Below are positions 1 to 9,143 of a stretch of 64,000 bases of DNA, in pieces; positions within the stretch are counted from its first letter, which is position 1, and the number at the start of each line of letters is the position of its first letter. Location: NCBI GenBank assembly GCA_963812135.1, contig CAWETU010000001.1, positions 1 through 64,000 on the forward strand, given 5' to 3'. The stretch comes from Vulcanimicrobiota bacterium. Its GTDB lineage: Bacteria > Vulcanimicrobiota > Vulcanimicrobiia > Eremiobacterales > Eremiobacteraceae. Both the position numbers and the translations under genes were made by a program. The notes under the pieces were generated by a model that saw only the letters and a list, made by a program, of their open reading frames with translations, did no database searches and was not told where the DNA came from.

Positions 1-16
1 AGTCGTAGTGAAGTAG

Positions 17-2917
17 TCAGACTTTAAGCGCTTCTTCTACGGCCTGGTCCTCCGACCACGCAGCTCCCTCGGCCATGAGCTCCGCTAGCCGGACGTCGCC
101 GAAACGATCAAGTAGCGGCTTCATGAAATAGTATGGATCGACGTCGACGAAGGTATCTCGCATGACGGGTTGCTCGCGAAATCTCGACTCTGCGTTGCCG
201 AGCAGTCGGGCACCGACGTCGCGCTGGTCACGTTGCGTGGCCACGCCAGCAAGTATTTGCAATGCAAATGTGATTCCATGCGGCATCAACTCGTCGCGGC
301 TCAACTCCAAGACCGCGCGACCGTGATTGCGGGCTTCGGCAACGGCGCCCGACATTAAGAGTAGAGTAGCTAAGCAGAACTCGGCCTGCACATCGCCCAG
401 GGGATCTTGGGTCAACAGCGCTAGAGAATGTGCCTCCCGACATAGCTCTATCGCCCGATCGGTATGGCCGTCTAATTGCGCGGCTCGTGCGCGCTCGGTT
501 AGAATTACCCAGCGATTGCGATCGTACAGAAGCTTCATACTCTCGTACTCCACAGCCATTCTGTTCGAAAGTTGTCTCGCGACGTCCAAGTTACCCCGCT
601 TTCTGTTCAAACGAGCAAGAAGCCAGAGATTAAAGGCGATTCGATACTTATCAACGGCCCGCTCAGCCCTTTCGAGCGACTCCGTCGCCGCAGCTTCGGC
701 TTCGTCGAGCCTGTTAAATGCGGCGAGAGCTGCTCCGTAGAAGAACAGCAGCCTTCGAAGATGCACCTCCTCGCTCACGGAGCGTGCAAAGCCTATTGCT
801 TCTTCGCATACGCGAAGCGCCTCACCCATGTTGGCTTGACTGTATGATCGCGCCCGATGGGCGGCGATAGCGACGGCTAGTGTTGGATTGTCCTCATACG
901 TGGCGGCGGCCTGTGCTAGTTCTAACCAGCGCAGGCCCTCATGGTAGTGCCGACTGAACCAGAATGCTCCAAGGTGTTCCACAATCTGCGCGCCGATCAT
1001 GGGATCATTGCGCCGCGATAGGCTCCATTCGAGCGCTGCACGAATATTGTCGAGGTCGGCTTCAATGTTTCCGAGCCAGACAAGCTCAGGGGTTTTGCGC
1101 CAATTCTCGGCAGCTTGACGCGCGAACTCGGCGAAGTATTGAGCGTGGCGCCGTACGGTTTCATCAAACTCGTGCTGTTCCTTTAGGCGCTCAAGGCCGT
1201 ATTGTCGTAGCGGCTCCATCAGCCGATAACGCTGCGATTGCGCGCTAACCTTAACGGCCACGAGCGACTTATTCGCAAGCGACGAGAGGTTGTCGAGAAC
1301 TGAAAGCTCGTCGAGCGGTTCGACGTCCCAGACCGCCGGGACCGCCTCGATCATGAAGCCCCCCTGGAAGATTGCGAGGTGCCGAAACATCGCTCGTTCA
1401 GCTTCGGAAAGCCACTCGTAGCTCCAGTCGACCGTTGCGCGCATCGTCTGGTGGCGCGGGTGCGCCGCACGGTCAACCCCTTTTAAGTACTGGAACTGTT
1501 CGCGCAGCCGCTCAAGCAGCTGATGAACGCTCAGAGTCTTCACCCTGGCCGCAGCAAGTTCGACGGCGAGCGCGATGCCATCCAAGCGCCGGCAAATCTC
1601 GGCGACATCGCTCGCGTTGTTGTCGGTGAAGGCGAAATGCGCGTCGACTGCACGGGCGCGCTCGACGAAGAGCGCAACGGCGCTAAACTTCAGGGTGTCT
1701 TCGGCTGCAAGCTTGCCCTCCGGCGGCGGCACGTCGAGCGGTGGCAAGGTGTACACCTGCTCGCCACCGACGCCGAGAGGGGCTTCGCGGCTGGTCGCGA
1801 GGATCGTGATCTGCGGGCAAGCCGTGAGCACCGAGCCGGCCACCCGTGCTGCTTCGCCCACGACGTGCTCGCAGTTGTCAATGATGAGCAATAGTCGTTT
1901 GTGCTTCATGTGGGAGAGCACGCGGTCGAACAGCGCACTGAAGCCTTGCGACGTTATCTCGAAGGCCGAGGCGATCTCCGGCACAACGGAATCCGCACCA
2001 GAAACCTTCGCGAGATCGACGAACCACGCACCATCCTCGAAGGCGTCACGGAGTTGGGCGCCGACGTGCAGCGCCACACGCGTCTTGCCGACGCCTCCGG
2101 CGCCGACGATCGTCACAAGCCGTGATTTCGTGAGGAGCGCCTTGACCTCGCTCGACTCGACATCGCGCCCCACGAAGCTCGTCGTTTGGCGTGGAAGATT
2201 GGAGGTCGGTACGTCGAGCGACCGTCGCCCAATATAACCGAATCGCTCCTCGAAAGCCGCAGATGGTTTTTCGTCGACCTCTGACAAAGCTTTGCGGCAA
2301 CGCTCGACCAGTACAGTCGCCGAGGTGCTCCTTCCAGCGCGCAGCTCGGCCTCGATCAGCACCGCGTACGCCTCTTCGGCGTACTGATTCCGCGCCAGCA
2401 GCCATCGGGCGGCTTCGGAATCCCGTCTTATGCGAACGGCCCTGGCCAGCACACTTTCATACAGCGCTGCAAGCCGCTCGCGCTCGGCAACGGCCCAGTC
2501 GTCATAGTCGCCCTCGAGAAAATCGCCGCGATAGAGCTGCAGCGCTTCTTGGCTGGCTGCGGCGTCCTCGTGTGTGGCGAGCGCCGCGAACTGCAGGGCA
2601 TCGACGGCGGTGTCGGTTGTCCAGCGCACCACCGCCTTGTTGGCGACGATGCAATCATCGGGGTCCAAGCCGGTCGCTTTGACGCAACGACGGATATTGG
2701 ACAGCACTGTCTTCAGCCTGTTCCGCGCATGTTCGGCGTCTGTGTCAGGCCAGAACAGCTCGAGGAGGCGTTCGCGGGAGATGTCCGTGCGGGGGTTGAG
2801 CGCCAAGAACGCCATAAGGGCCCGCCCCTTTTGCGTATCGGGGCGAGGCGCTGAGCTCCCGTTCGCGCTGAAGGCAAAGCCCCCAAGCGTCGTCAGCTCG
2901 GACGTCGGCATCATCAC
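17..2917 (-). CDS. AfsR/SARP-type transcriptional regulator (wHTH + BTAD + P-loop ATPase + TPR-like C-terminus)
   Basis: N-terminal KGRALMAFLAL...RERLLELFWP; BTAD-like LYRGDFLEGDYDDWAVAERERL; SNLPRQTTSFVGR; Walker A GAGGVGKT; Walker B LLIIDNCEH; ICRRLDGIALAVELAAAR. Exact start among GTG/ATG/ATG (2917-2911) uncertain. Confidence 0.9.
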   Translation of the reverse strand: MMMPTSELTTLGGFAFSANGSSAPRPDTQKGRALMAFLALNPRTDISRERLLELFWPDTDAEHARNRLKTVLSNIRRCVKATGLDPDDCIVANKAVVRWTTDTAVDALQFAALATHEDAAASQEALQLYRGDFLEGDYDDWAVAERERLAALYESVLARAVRIRRDSEAARWLLARNQYAEEAYAVLIEAELRAGRSTSATVLVERCRKALSEVDEKPSAAFEERFGYIGRRSLDVPTSNLPRQTTSFVGRDVESSEVKALLTKSRLVTIVGAGGVGKTRVALHVGAQLRDAFEDGAWFVDLAKVSGADSVVPEIASAFEITSQGFSALFDRVLSHMKHKRLLLIIDNCEHVVGEAARVAGSVLTACPQITILATSREAPLGVGGEQVYTLPPLDVPPPEGKLAAEDTLKFSAVALFVERARAVDAHFAFTDNNASDVAEICRRLDGIALAVELAAARVKTLSVHQLLERLREQFQYLKGVDRAAHPRHQTMRATVDWSYEWLSEAERAMFRHLAIFQGGFMIEAVPAVWDVEPLDELSVLDNLSSLANKSLVAVKVSAQSQRYRLMEPLRQYGLERLKEQHEFDETVRRHAQYFAEFARQAAENWRKTPELVWLGNIEADLDNIRAALEWSLSRRNDPMIGAQIVEHLGAFWFSRHYHEGLRWLELAQAAATYEDNPTLAVAIAAHRARSYSQANMGEALRVCEEAIGFARSVSEEVHLRRLLFFYGAALAAFNRLDEAEAAATESLERAERAVDKYRIAFNLWLLARLNRKRGNLDVARQLSNRMAVEYESMKLLYDRNRWVILTERARAAQLDGHTDRAIELCREAHSLALLTQDPLGDVQAEFCLATLLLMSGAVAEARNHGRAVLELSRDELMPHGITFALQILAGVATQRDQRDVGARLLGNAESRFREQPVMRDTFVDVDPYYFMKPLLDRFGDVRLAELMAEGAAWSEDQAVEEALKV

Positions 2918-3021
2918 CGATGCGGCTGCCCAGACCGTTCGCCCTTCTTACGATTGTCTTACGCGGGCAAGCTACGATTCGAGGTGCCCTTAAGCCACTA
3001 GTCATAGAGGAGGACACCGCA

Positions 3022-3774
3022 ATGCTCAATCGTTGGCTTCCGGCCGCTGCTTTCTTCTTGACCGCAGTCTTGATGTTCGGAGCCGGCTGCGGGACGAACT
3101 CAGCGCTTCCGGGGTCCCCCCAGGGCGGATTACCGACGGGCGGTCAGACAAGCCCGCCGACAGTTCCACCAACAATGCCCGCGACAGTACCACCGACGGT
3201 TCCGCCAACAATGCCGCCAACTATCCCGCCGACGATTCCGCCGGCGTGTTCGGGCCAAAATTCGGTCGCTGTCGCGAATCAAACTCAGGGCGAGACAATC
3301 GCACTTCCCGCCGTATGCGGGTTCACCGGATCCGTCGCAATTCCGTCGAGCAATTATGCGAGGCGGCTCGGCGTGGACCTTTTCGTGCCGGTGTCGAACA
3401 CCGGGCCTTCCGCTCCGACAGGGACGACCACCGGCATCCTGTCAGTCATTGCGTCTACGGATGGAAACCTTGGGGGCGGCAACTTCGACCCAGGCTTTCA
3501 GATGGTCGTGACGCTACCGCCGGCGATTCCCACGTCGGGAAAGTCGTTCGTGATGGCAGCATGCTCATATACCACTTACTTTTTGGGAGCACCGCCAAAC
3601 TGCAGTGGGACTGTGCTCGTCAATGCCTCGGTCAATGGGCAGACACTGACATTCAACGATCCCGCCGGGTTTAATATCAGGATATTCATCGGCTGCGTTA
3701 GCTTTAACCCTCGACATCATTGCCCACCAAATTCAAACGGGGCGACGAGTTTCGTCGCGAATATCTACTACTAA
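3022..3774 (+). CDS. Hypothetical lipoprotein with Pro/Thr tetrapeptide-repeat linker and Cys-containing beta-rich C-terminal domain
   Basis: RBS GAGGAGG ~3007-3013 before ATG 3022; hydrophobic signal ending in lipobox-like FGAGC; (PPT[VMI]) repeats. Confidence 0.75.
   Translation: MLNRWLPAAAFFLTAVLMFGAGCGTNSALPGSPQGGLPTGGQTSPPTVPPTMPATVPPTVPPTMPPTIPPTIPPACSGQNSVAVANQTQGETIALPAVCGFTGSVAIPSSNYARRLGVDLFVPVSNTGPSAPTGTTTGILSVIASTDGNLGGGNFDPGFQMVVTLPPAIPTSGKSFVMAACSYTTYFLGAPPNCSGTVLVNASVNGQTLTFNDPAGFNIRIFIGCVSFNPRHHCPPNSNGATSFVANIYY
3154..3249 (+). repeat. Degenerate 12-bp tandem coding repeat (PPTV-PPTM-PATV-PPTV-PPTM-PPTI-PPTI-PPAC)
   Basis: Eight consecutive 12-nt units such as ccgccgacagtt, ccaccaacaatg, ccgccgacgatt. 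Confidence 0.85.
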
Positions 3775-3818
3775 CCCAGCCGAATAATATTCGGCGCAAC
3801 GGTTCACGGTCTACGAAT

Positions 3819-3853
3819 CGCAGAATGAAACCTGGTGCGGGCTTCATTCTGCG
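3819..3853. terminator. Hairpin between convergent genes, possible terminator
   Basis: Perfect 11-bp stem cgcagaatgaa / ttcattctgcg; no clear U-tract. Confidence 0.45.
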
Positions 3854-3990
3854 CTCGTTGTCCGCCGGAACTTCGCGGCCGTTGCCAACGGAGACCGAAT
3901 CGCACCGGCGACGGGCCTGAACTTCCATCAACCCTTTACATGGAGACGAACAAGAAGAAGCTCCGCGAGGACTACAAAGACAGGCGACCC

Positions 3991-5577
3991 TCAGCGCATC
4001 CGCGTGCGTGATTGTTCGCGCATGAACTGCTCGACATAGTACGGACCGCAGCCGCCTTTGCCGGTGATGCCCGAGCCTTTCCAACCGCAGAACGACTGCA
4101 CGCCCGGCCACGCGCCCGTCGTCGCGCCGGTACGCCGGTTGACGTAGAGCACGCCCGCTTCCATCTCGTTGAAGAAACGTTCGATCTCTTTGTCGTCTTG
4201 CGAGAACAGGCCGCCGGTCAGGCCCAGCTTCGAGCGATTGGCCTCCGCCAGTCCGCGATCGAACGACGGCACGGTGCCGACCGCTAAGAACGGCAAGAAC
4301 AATTCGCGCTGATACAGCTCGTTGTCGAGCGGCAGCTTGACGATCGTCGGTTCGACGTAGTTCCCTTTGTCGAGCCGGTCGCCGCCCAGGCGCTCTCCGC
4401 CGGCGAGCATGGTGCCCGCTTTGCGCGCCGCCGACGCAGCCTCTTCGAATTTCTTCACGGCGGCTTCGTTGATGACCGGTCCGAAATAGACGTCGCGTTC
4501 GGTCGGATCGCCGATCTTGATCTTGCTCGTCTTCTCGAGCAGCATTTCGATGAATTTGTCGGCAACGCGTTCGTCGACATAGACGCGCGAGCACGCGCTG
4601 CACTTCTGGCCTTGATAGCCGAACGCCGAACGCATGACGCCGTCTGACGCCGCGTCGAGGTCCGCGCTTGCGGTGACGATCGCCGCGTTCTTGCCGCCGA
4701 GCTCGCCGAGCACGGGCTTGGCGTACGGACCGCTTGCGCCGACGTCGCGCAAGATCTGCATCCCGACCTCTTGCGAGCCGGTGAACGCGACACCGTCGAT
4801 GCCGGCGTGGTGCAGCAGCGGCTGCCCGACTTGCTCGCCGGGTCCGTAGATGAGATTGAAGACGCCCGCCGGCACGCCCGCCTCGTGATAGGCTTGGGCG
4901 AGCTTCGAGCCGGTGAGCGATGCCATCACCGAGGGCTTGAGCACGACGGTGTTGCCGCCCAGCAGCGCGGCGCTCGACATGCCCGTCGCAAGCGCGAGCG
5001 GGAAATTGAACGGCGAGATCACCGCGAACACGCCGTACGGCCGCAACGCGTCTTGCGTCTGCTCGTTGGGCGACAGCTGGCCCAGCGGTCGCATGTAGCC
5101 GTTGGCCGCTTCGACTTGGTCGGCGTAGTAATCGATCAGATCGGCCGCTTCTTCGGCATCGCCGAGCGACTCGAGCCGGTTCTTGCCGACTTCGATGCTC
5201 ATGAGCGCGGCGATCTCGTAGCGCCGGCCGCGGATGTTCTCGGCGGCGCGGCGCATGATCGCGACGCGCTCGCGCCACGGCATCGCGCCCCAGTGTTTGT
5301 GCGCGCCGCGCGCGGCCGCGACGGCGGCGTCGATCTGCGCGGGACTTGCGCTGTGGAACGAGCCGATGTGCACGCTGCGGTCGATCGGGCTGTGCCAATC
5401 GAGCGCCGGTCCTTCGCCTTTGGCCTCGGCGCCATTGATGAACAGATGGTGCGCGCGGCCGAGCTCGCCGCGCACTTTGACGAGCGCGGTGTCGAACTCG
5501 CGATGGATCTCATCCATATTGCCGCCAACGCCGGAGTACGTGATCTTGGGCTGCTTGCGTGGCGCTTGAACGCTCAT
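3991..5577 (-). CDS. Aldehyde dehydrogenase, P5C-dehydrogenase/RocA-like subfamily
   Basis: ISPFNFP, FTGSQEVG, ELGGKN, catalytic GQKCSACSR, TGAWPGVQSFCGWKGSG. Confidence 0.88.
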   Translation of the reverse strand: MSVQAPRKQPKITYSGVGGNMDEIHREFDTALVKVRGELGRAHHLFINGAEAKGEGPALDWHSPIDRSVHIGSFHSASPAQIDAAVAAARGAHKHWGAMPWRERVAIMRRAAENIRGRRYEIAALMSIEVGKNRLESLGDAEEAADLIDYYADQVEAANGYMRPLGQLSPNEQTQDALRPYGVFAVISPFNFPLALATGMSSAALLGGNTVVLKPSVMASLTGSKLAQAYHEAGVPAGVFNLIYGPGEQVGQPLLHHAGIDGVAFTGSQEVGMQILRDVGASGPYAKPVLGELGGKNAAIVTASADLDAASDGVMRSAFGYQGQKCSACSRVYVDERVADKFIEMLLEKTSKIKIGDPTERDVYFGPVINEAAVKKFEEAASAARKAGTMLAGGERLGGDRLDKGNYVEPTIVKLPLDNELYQRELFLPFLAVGTVPSFDRGLAEANRSKLGLTGGLFSQDDKEIERFFNEMEAGVLYVNRRTGATTGAWPGVQSFCGWKGSGITGKGGCGPYYVEQFMREQSRTRMR

Positions 5578-5586
5578 GATGTCACC

Positions 5587-6987
5587 TCAGTCGACCGGAG
5601 CCATGGTAGCGGCCGAATCTATTCGGCCGTTTCCCGAAACGTTTTCATTCGATCGCACGACGTCGGCGATCGTCGTGCGCAATTTCTCGACGAGCTCGTC
5701 GATCTGCGCCCGCGAGATCGTCAACGGCGGCGCGATCATGACGAGATCGCCGTTGATGCCGTCGGCATGGCCGACGTTCGGCCACAGGACGAGACCGTTG
5801 TCGCGTGCGCGCGCGACGATCCGCTCGACGAACTTGCGCTCGCGCGCGAACGGACGCTTCGCGGCGCGGTCTTCGACGAATTCGACCGCCGCGAGCATGC
5901 CGATGCCGCGGACGTCGCCGACGACGGCGGCGATCGCATCGTCGTCGCGCAGGCCCTGCAGCGATGACTGGAGGTAGCTGCCGACGTCGTGCGCGCGTCT
6001 CACCAATCCCTCGCGCTCGATGTAGCGCAGCACCGCCAGCGCCGCGGCGCTGGACAGCGCGTGGTGCGAATAGGTCTGGGCGTGAACCAATCCGCCGAAC
6101 TTGCCGCGCGCCAGCGTGTCGACGAGCGAGCGCTTGGCGAGCATCGCCGAGAGCGGCGCGTATCCGCCGTTGAGCCCTTTGCCGAGCGTGATGATGTCCG
6201 GCACGATCGGCTTGCCCGCGGCGTCCTTGAAATGTTCGAGCGCGAAGAACTTGCCGGTGCGCCCGACGCCCGTCAAGACCTCATCTGCGATGAACAAGAC
6301 GCCGTGCCGGTCGCAGATCTCGCGAATGCGGGCGTAATAACCGGGAGGCGGCACCGAGGCGCCGGTCGACGAGCCGCCGATCGGCTCGGCGATGAATGCC
6401 GCGACGTTCTCAGATCCCGCTTCGAGGATCGCCGTCTCCAACGCGTCGCCGGTCAACGAGGGGTCGTCGCTGCTCGGCGCGCGATAGGGATACGGTGCGT
6501 CGATCATCAGCACGTCCACAAGCCAGGGAGAATAGACGGCGCGGTAGTGCGCGCGCGCCGACGCGGAAAGCGCGAGCAGCGTGTTGCCGTGATAGCCGGG
6601 CGTGCGCGCGATGACGATCTGCCGGTCCGGTTCGCCGCGCTCGACATGATACTGACGCGCAAGTTTCAGCGCGGCTTCGACGGCTTCGGAGCCGCTGCTC
6701 AGGAAATACGCGCGATCCACCTCGGCAGGCGCCACTGCCGCGAGCGCGTCCGCGAGCGCTTCGACCGGACGCGACGTGAACGCGGTGCCGTTCACGTACG
6801 CGATGGTTGCCGCTTGCGCGGCCATGGCATCGGCGATCTCGCGCACGCCGTGGCCGATGGACGCGACCATCGCGCCGCCGCTCGCGTCGAGATACTGCTT
6901 ACCGGCGTCGTCGTAGAGATAGACGCCCTCGCCGCGCGCGATGGTGGGCAGCGCGACGCCGAGCTTTCTATAGAAGACGTGGCTCAT
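5587..6987 (-). CDS. Class III PLP-dependent aminotransferase
   Basis: YLDASGG, SSGSEAVEAALKLARQY, YHGNT, FIADEVLTGVGRTG, PLP lysine in TLGKGLNGGY; ATG 6987 overlaps upstream gene end. Confidence 0.92.
   Translation of the reverse strand: MSHVFYRKLGVALPTIARGEGVYLYDDAGKQYLDASGGAMVASIGHGVREIADAMAAQAATIAYVNGTAFTSRPVEALADALAAVAPAEVDRAYFLSSGSEAVEAALKLARQYHVERGEPDRQIVIARTPGYHGNTLLALSASARAHYRAVYSPWLVDVLMIDAPYPYRAPSSDDPSLTGDALETAILEAGSENVAAFIAEPIGGSSTGASVPPPGYYARIREICDRHGVLFIADEVLTGVGRTGKFFALEHFKDAAGKPIVPDIITLGKGLNGGYAPLSAMLAKRSLVDTLARGKFGGLVHAQTYSHHALSSAAALAVLRYIEREGLVRRAHDVGSYLQSSLQGLRDDDAIAAVVGDVRGIGMLAAVEFVEDRAAKRPFARERKFVERIVARARDNGLVLWPNVGHADGINGDLVMIAPPLTISRAQIDELVEKLRTTIADVVRSNENVSGNGRIDSAATMAPVD
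5606..5630 (+). repeat. REP-like palindromic element copy 1
   Basis: GTAG C GGCCGAAT CT ATTCGGCC GT; inside the 3' end of the aminotransferase CDS. Confidence 0.75.
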
Positions 6988-8320
6988 CGAGCAGAACCGC
7001 TTCGTCAACGAGGGGGGCAGGCGCCTGCGGCGCGCTGCGCAGGGTCGCGACGATGTACGCGACGACGATGGGCAACAGCGCGAGATTGATAGCGCCGACG
7101 ATCATGATGAGCCGCGTGCCGGTCGTTCCGAGCGTCGCCATGAGTACGGCTTCGACCACGACCGCGCCGATGAGGACGCGGGTGCATCGATAGCTGCCTA
7201 CCGCCTGCAAGTACGCGATGCCGAGCGCGTCGATCGCCAGCAACGCCTCCGCGACGCCGTATTGCCGCAACAAATCGTGCGCCTGCACGAATGACGGCCC
7301 GAACGTGATGCTCAGCAGCGCCGAAGGCGCGAAGGTCGTGAATGTCACGCCCGCGAGCGCACCGACGACGCCCGCACCGAACGTGACTGCGAGCAGCCGC
7401 CCCAAGAGTTCGCGGCTGACGTGCAGCGCCGCCGCCGCCTTCGGCGCCATGACGAGCGCTATCATTCCGACGGCGAATGGAATCGTTCGTGCGATGATGC
7501 CGGCCGCGCCGTAAAGGCCAGCGTCGGTGCCGGAGAGATGATGCTTTGCGAAGAGCTGATCCATGAAGAGCAACAAGAGAACGCACACCGAGATCCACAA
7601 GAGTGAGAGCGCTCGGCCGCCGAGCTCGAGATGATCGTGTTCCGATCTCACGCTCGCGCCGGCGCGCGAGTAGACGAGCGGCGATGCGACCACTGCGAGC
7701 CCTGCGATCGAGCCGACCACAAAGCCGCCCATCGCGCCGAGCACCGCCATGCCGGCGGCGACCATCGCGAGCGCGGATGCGAGTTTGACGGCCATCTCGG
7801 TGATCATCGACGCAGCGAAGAGCCCGAACCGGTGCGCGCCTTGCGCCGCGCCCCGGAAAAACGCGCTGAAGATCGCGAACGCGAGATAGGCGGCGAACGC
7901 GAACCAGAGGGCAGGCTGCACGATGTGAAGGTAGGGACCGCCGAGCAACCCCGCGGCCAGCGCGATCGCAGCGATCGTCAGCGCCGCGCCCGCCGCAGCC
8001 GGAGCGACGGCGCGGACGAACGGCGCCACGCCGTCCACGCGCCGGAGCGCCCAGAGCTTTGCCGTGTCTTGCATCGCGACGATGCCTAGCGGTCCGCCGA
8101 AGACCCCAAAGATCGTGGCGGCCGCCGCAAGCGTGGCAAGCGTGCCGTATGCATCCGGACCGAGGCGCCGCGAGATCAAGAAATGGAAGAGATAGTTGAA
8201 CGCGTTGGCGAGGAGCGAGCCGCCGACGATGATCGCCGCATCGCCGCCGATGCGCCGCAGCGAAAAGCCGTGCGAGATATCGGGGCTCGCCGGGTCCGCG
8301 AGCTGCGCTCGCTCAGACAC
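6968..8320 (-). CDS. Wzx/MATE-like oligosaccharide flippase (MOP superfamily)
   Basis: Many hydrophobic segments; ANAFNYLFHFLISRRLGPDAYG; DQLFAKHHLS..DAGLYGAA; GTG 8320 overlaps larE stop. Confidence 0.8.
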   Translation of the reverse strand: MSERAQLADPASPDISHGFSLRRIGGDAAIIVGGSLLANAFNYLFHFLISRRLGPDAYGTLATLAAAATIFGVFGGPLGIVAMQDTAKLWALRRVDGVAPFVRAVAPAAAGAALTIAAIALAAGLLGGPYLHIVQPALWFAFAAYLAFAIFSAFFRGAAQGAHRFGLFAASMITEMAVKLASALAMVAAGMAVLGAMGGFVVGSIAGLAVVASPLVYSRAGASVRSEHDHLELGGRALSLLWISVCVLLLLFMDQLFAKHHLSGTDAGLYGAAGIIARTIPFAVGMIALVMAPKAAAALHVSRELLGRLLAVTFGAGVVGALAGVTFTTFAPSALLSITFGPSFVQAHDLLRQYGVAEALLAIDALGIAYLQAVGSYRCTRVLIGAVVVEAVLMATLGTTGTRLIMIVGAINLALLPIVVAYIVATLRSAPQAPAPLVDEAVLLDEPRLL

Positions 8321-9143
8321 CCGAGCTTCGCTCGGGTGCTGCAGCCGCCGATTCGTTGAGGCTGCCCGTCCGGTAGCCGCGCGGGTCGATCTCGACGCGC
8401 GCATAGCCGACATCGCCAAGCGCCGCCTCGACATTCGCTCTGCGCGCTTGCAGACGCGCGACGTCGCTCAGCGGCACTTCCACGCGGGCCAAGACGCCGA
8501 AGTGCCGCACTCGCACGGTTGGAAAACCGCTCGCGCGCAAGTAGCGCTCGGCGAGATCGATGCGCCGCAGATCGTCGTACTCGATGCGCGTGCCGTAAGG
8601 CACGCGTGACGAGAGGCACGGCGTCGCCGGCTTGCTCCACACCGCAAGTCCGAGCTCGTGCGCAAACGCGCGGACGTCGTCCTTGGTCATGCCGGCTTCC
8701 GCGAGCGGACTGCGCACGCCGCGCGCCAACGCGGCTCCTCGCCCGGGGCGCACGTCTAGCTGCGTCGTGCCATCATCCGCATTGAAGCCGTCGATGACGT
8801 GATCGAAGCTCCGCTCGCGCGCGAGCTGCGTCAATCGGCCGAACAGCTCATCTTTGCAGTAGAAGCAGCGGTTCGCGGGGTTGTCGCGATACGCCGGATT
8901 GTCGAACTCGCGCGTCTCGATCGTCTCGTGGCGAATGCCGATGCGTGCGGCCAGCTCGCGCGCGGCATCCAATTCGCCGCCGGCGACCGAGGCGGATACG
9001 CCGGTCACGGCGAGCGCGCGAGCGCCGAGCTCATCGTATGCGATCGCGGCCAGCAGCGCGCTGTCCACGCCGCCCGAGTATGCGACGATCGCGCTGCGCA
9101 AATCCCTGACGGATGCGCGCAGCAGGGAGCGCCTCGCGTTCAC
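8313..9143 (-). CDS. larE: ATP-dependent sulfur transferase LarE (nickel-pincer cofactor biosynthesis)
   Basis: PP-loop AYSGGVDS, NPANRCFYCK, RPGRGAA, SPLAEAG, PATPCLSSRVPYG, GYRTGSLN; GTGA overlap with larC. Confidence 0.92.
   Translation of the reverse strand: MNARRSLLRASVRDLRSAIVAYSGGVDSALLAAIAYDELGARALAVTGVSASVAGGELDAARELAARIGIRHETIETREFDNPAYRDNPANRCFYCKDELFGRLTQLARERSFDHVIDGFNADDGTTQLDVRPGRGAALARGVRSPLAEAGMTKDDVRAFAHELGLAVWSKPATPCLSSRVPYGTRIEYDDLRRIDLAERYLRASGFPTVRVRHFGVLARVEVPLSDVARLQARRANVEAALGDVGYARVEIDPRGYRTGSLNESAAAAPERSSGV

Noticed and set aside
3154..3249. Possible CRISPR-like array
   Set aside because: The units are contiguous degenerate 12-mers in frame with no spacers, and no cas genes are in the window.
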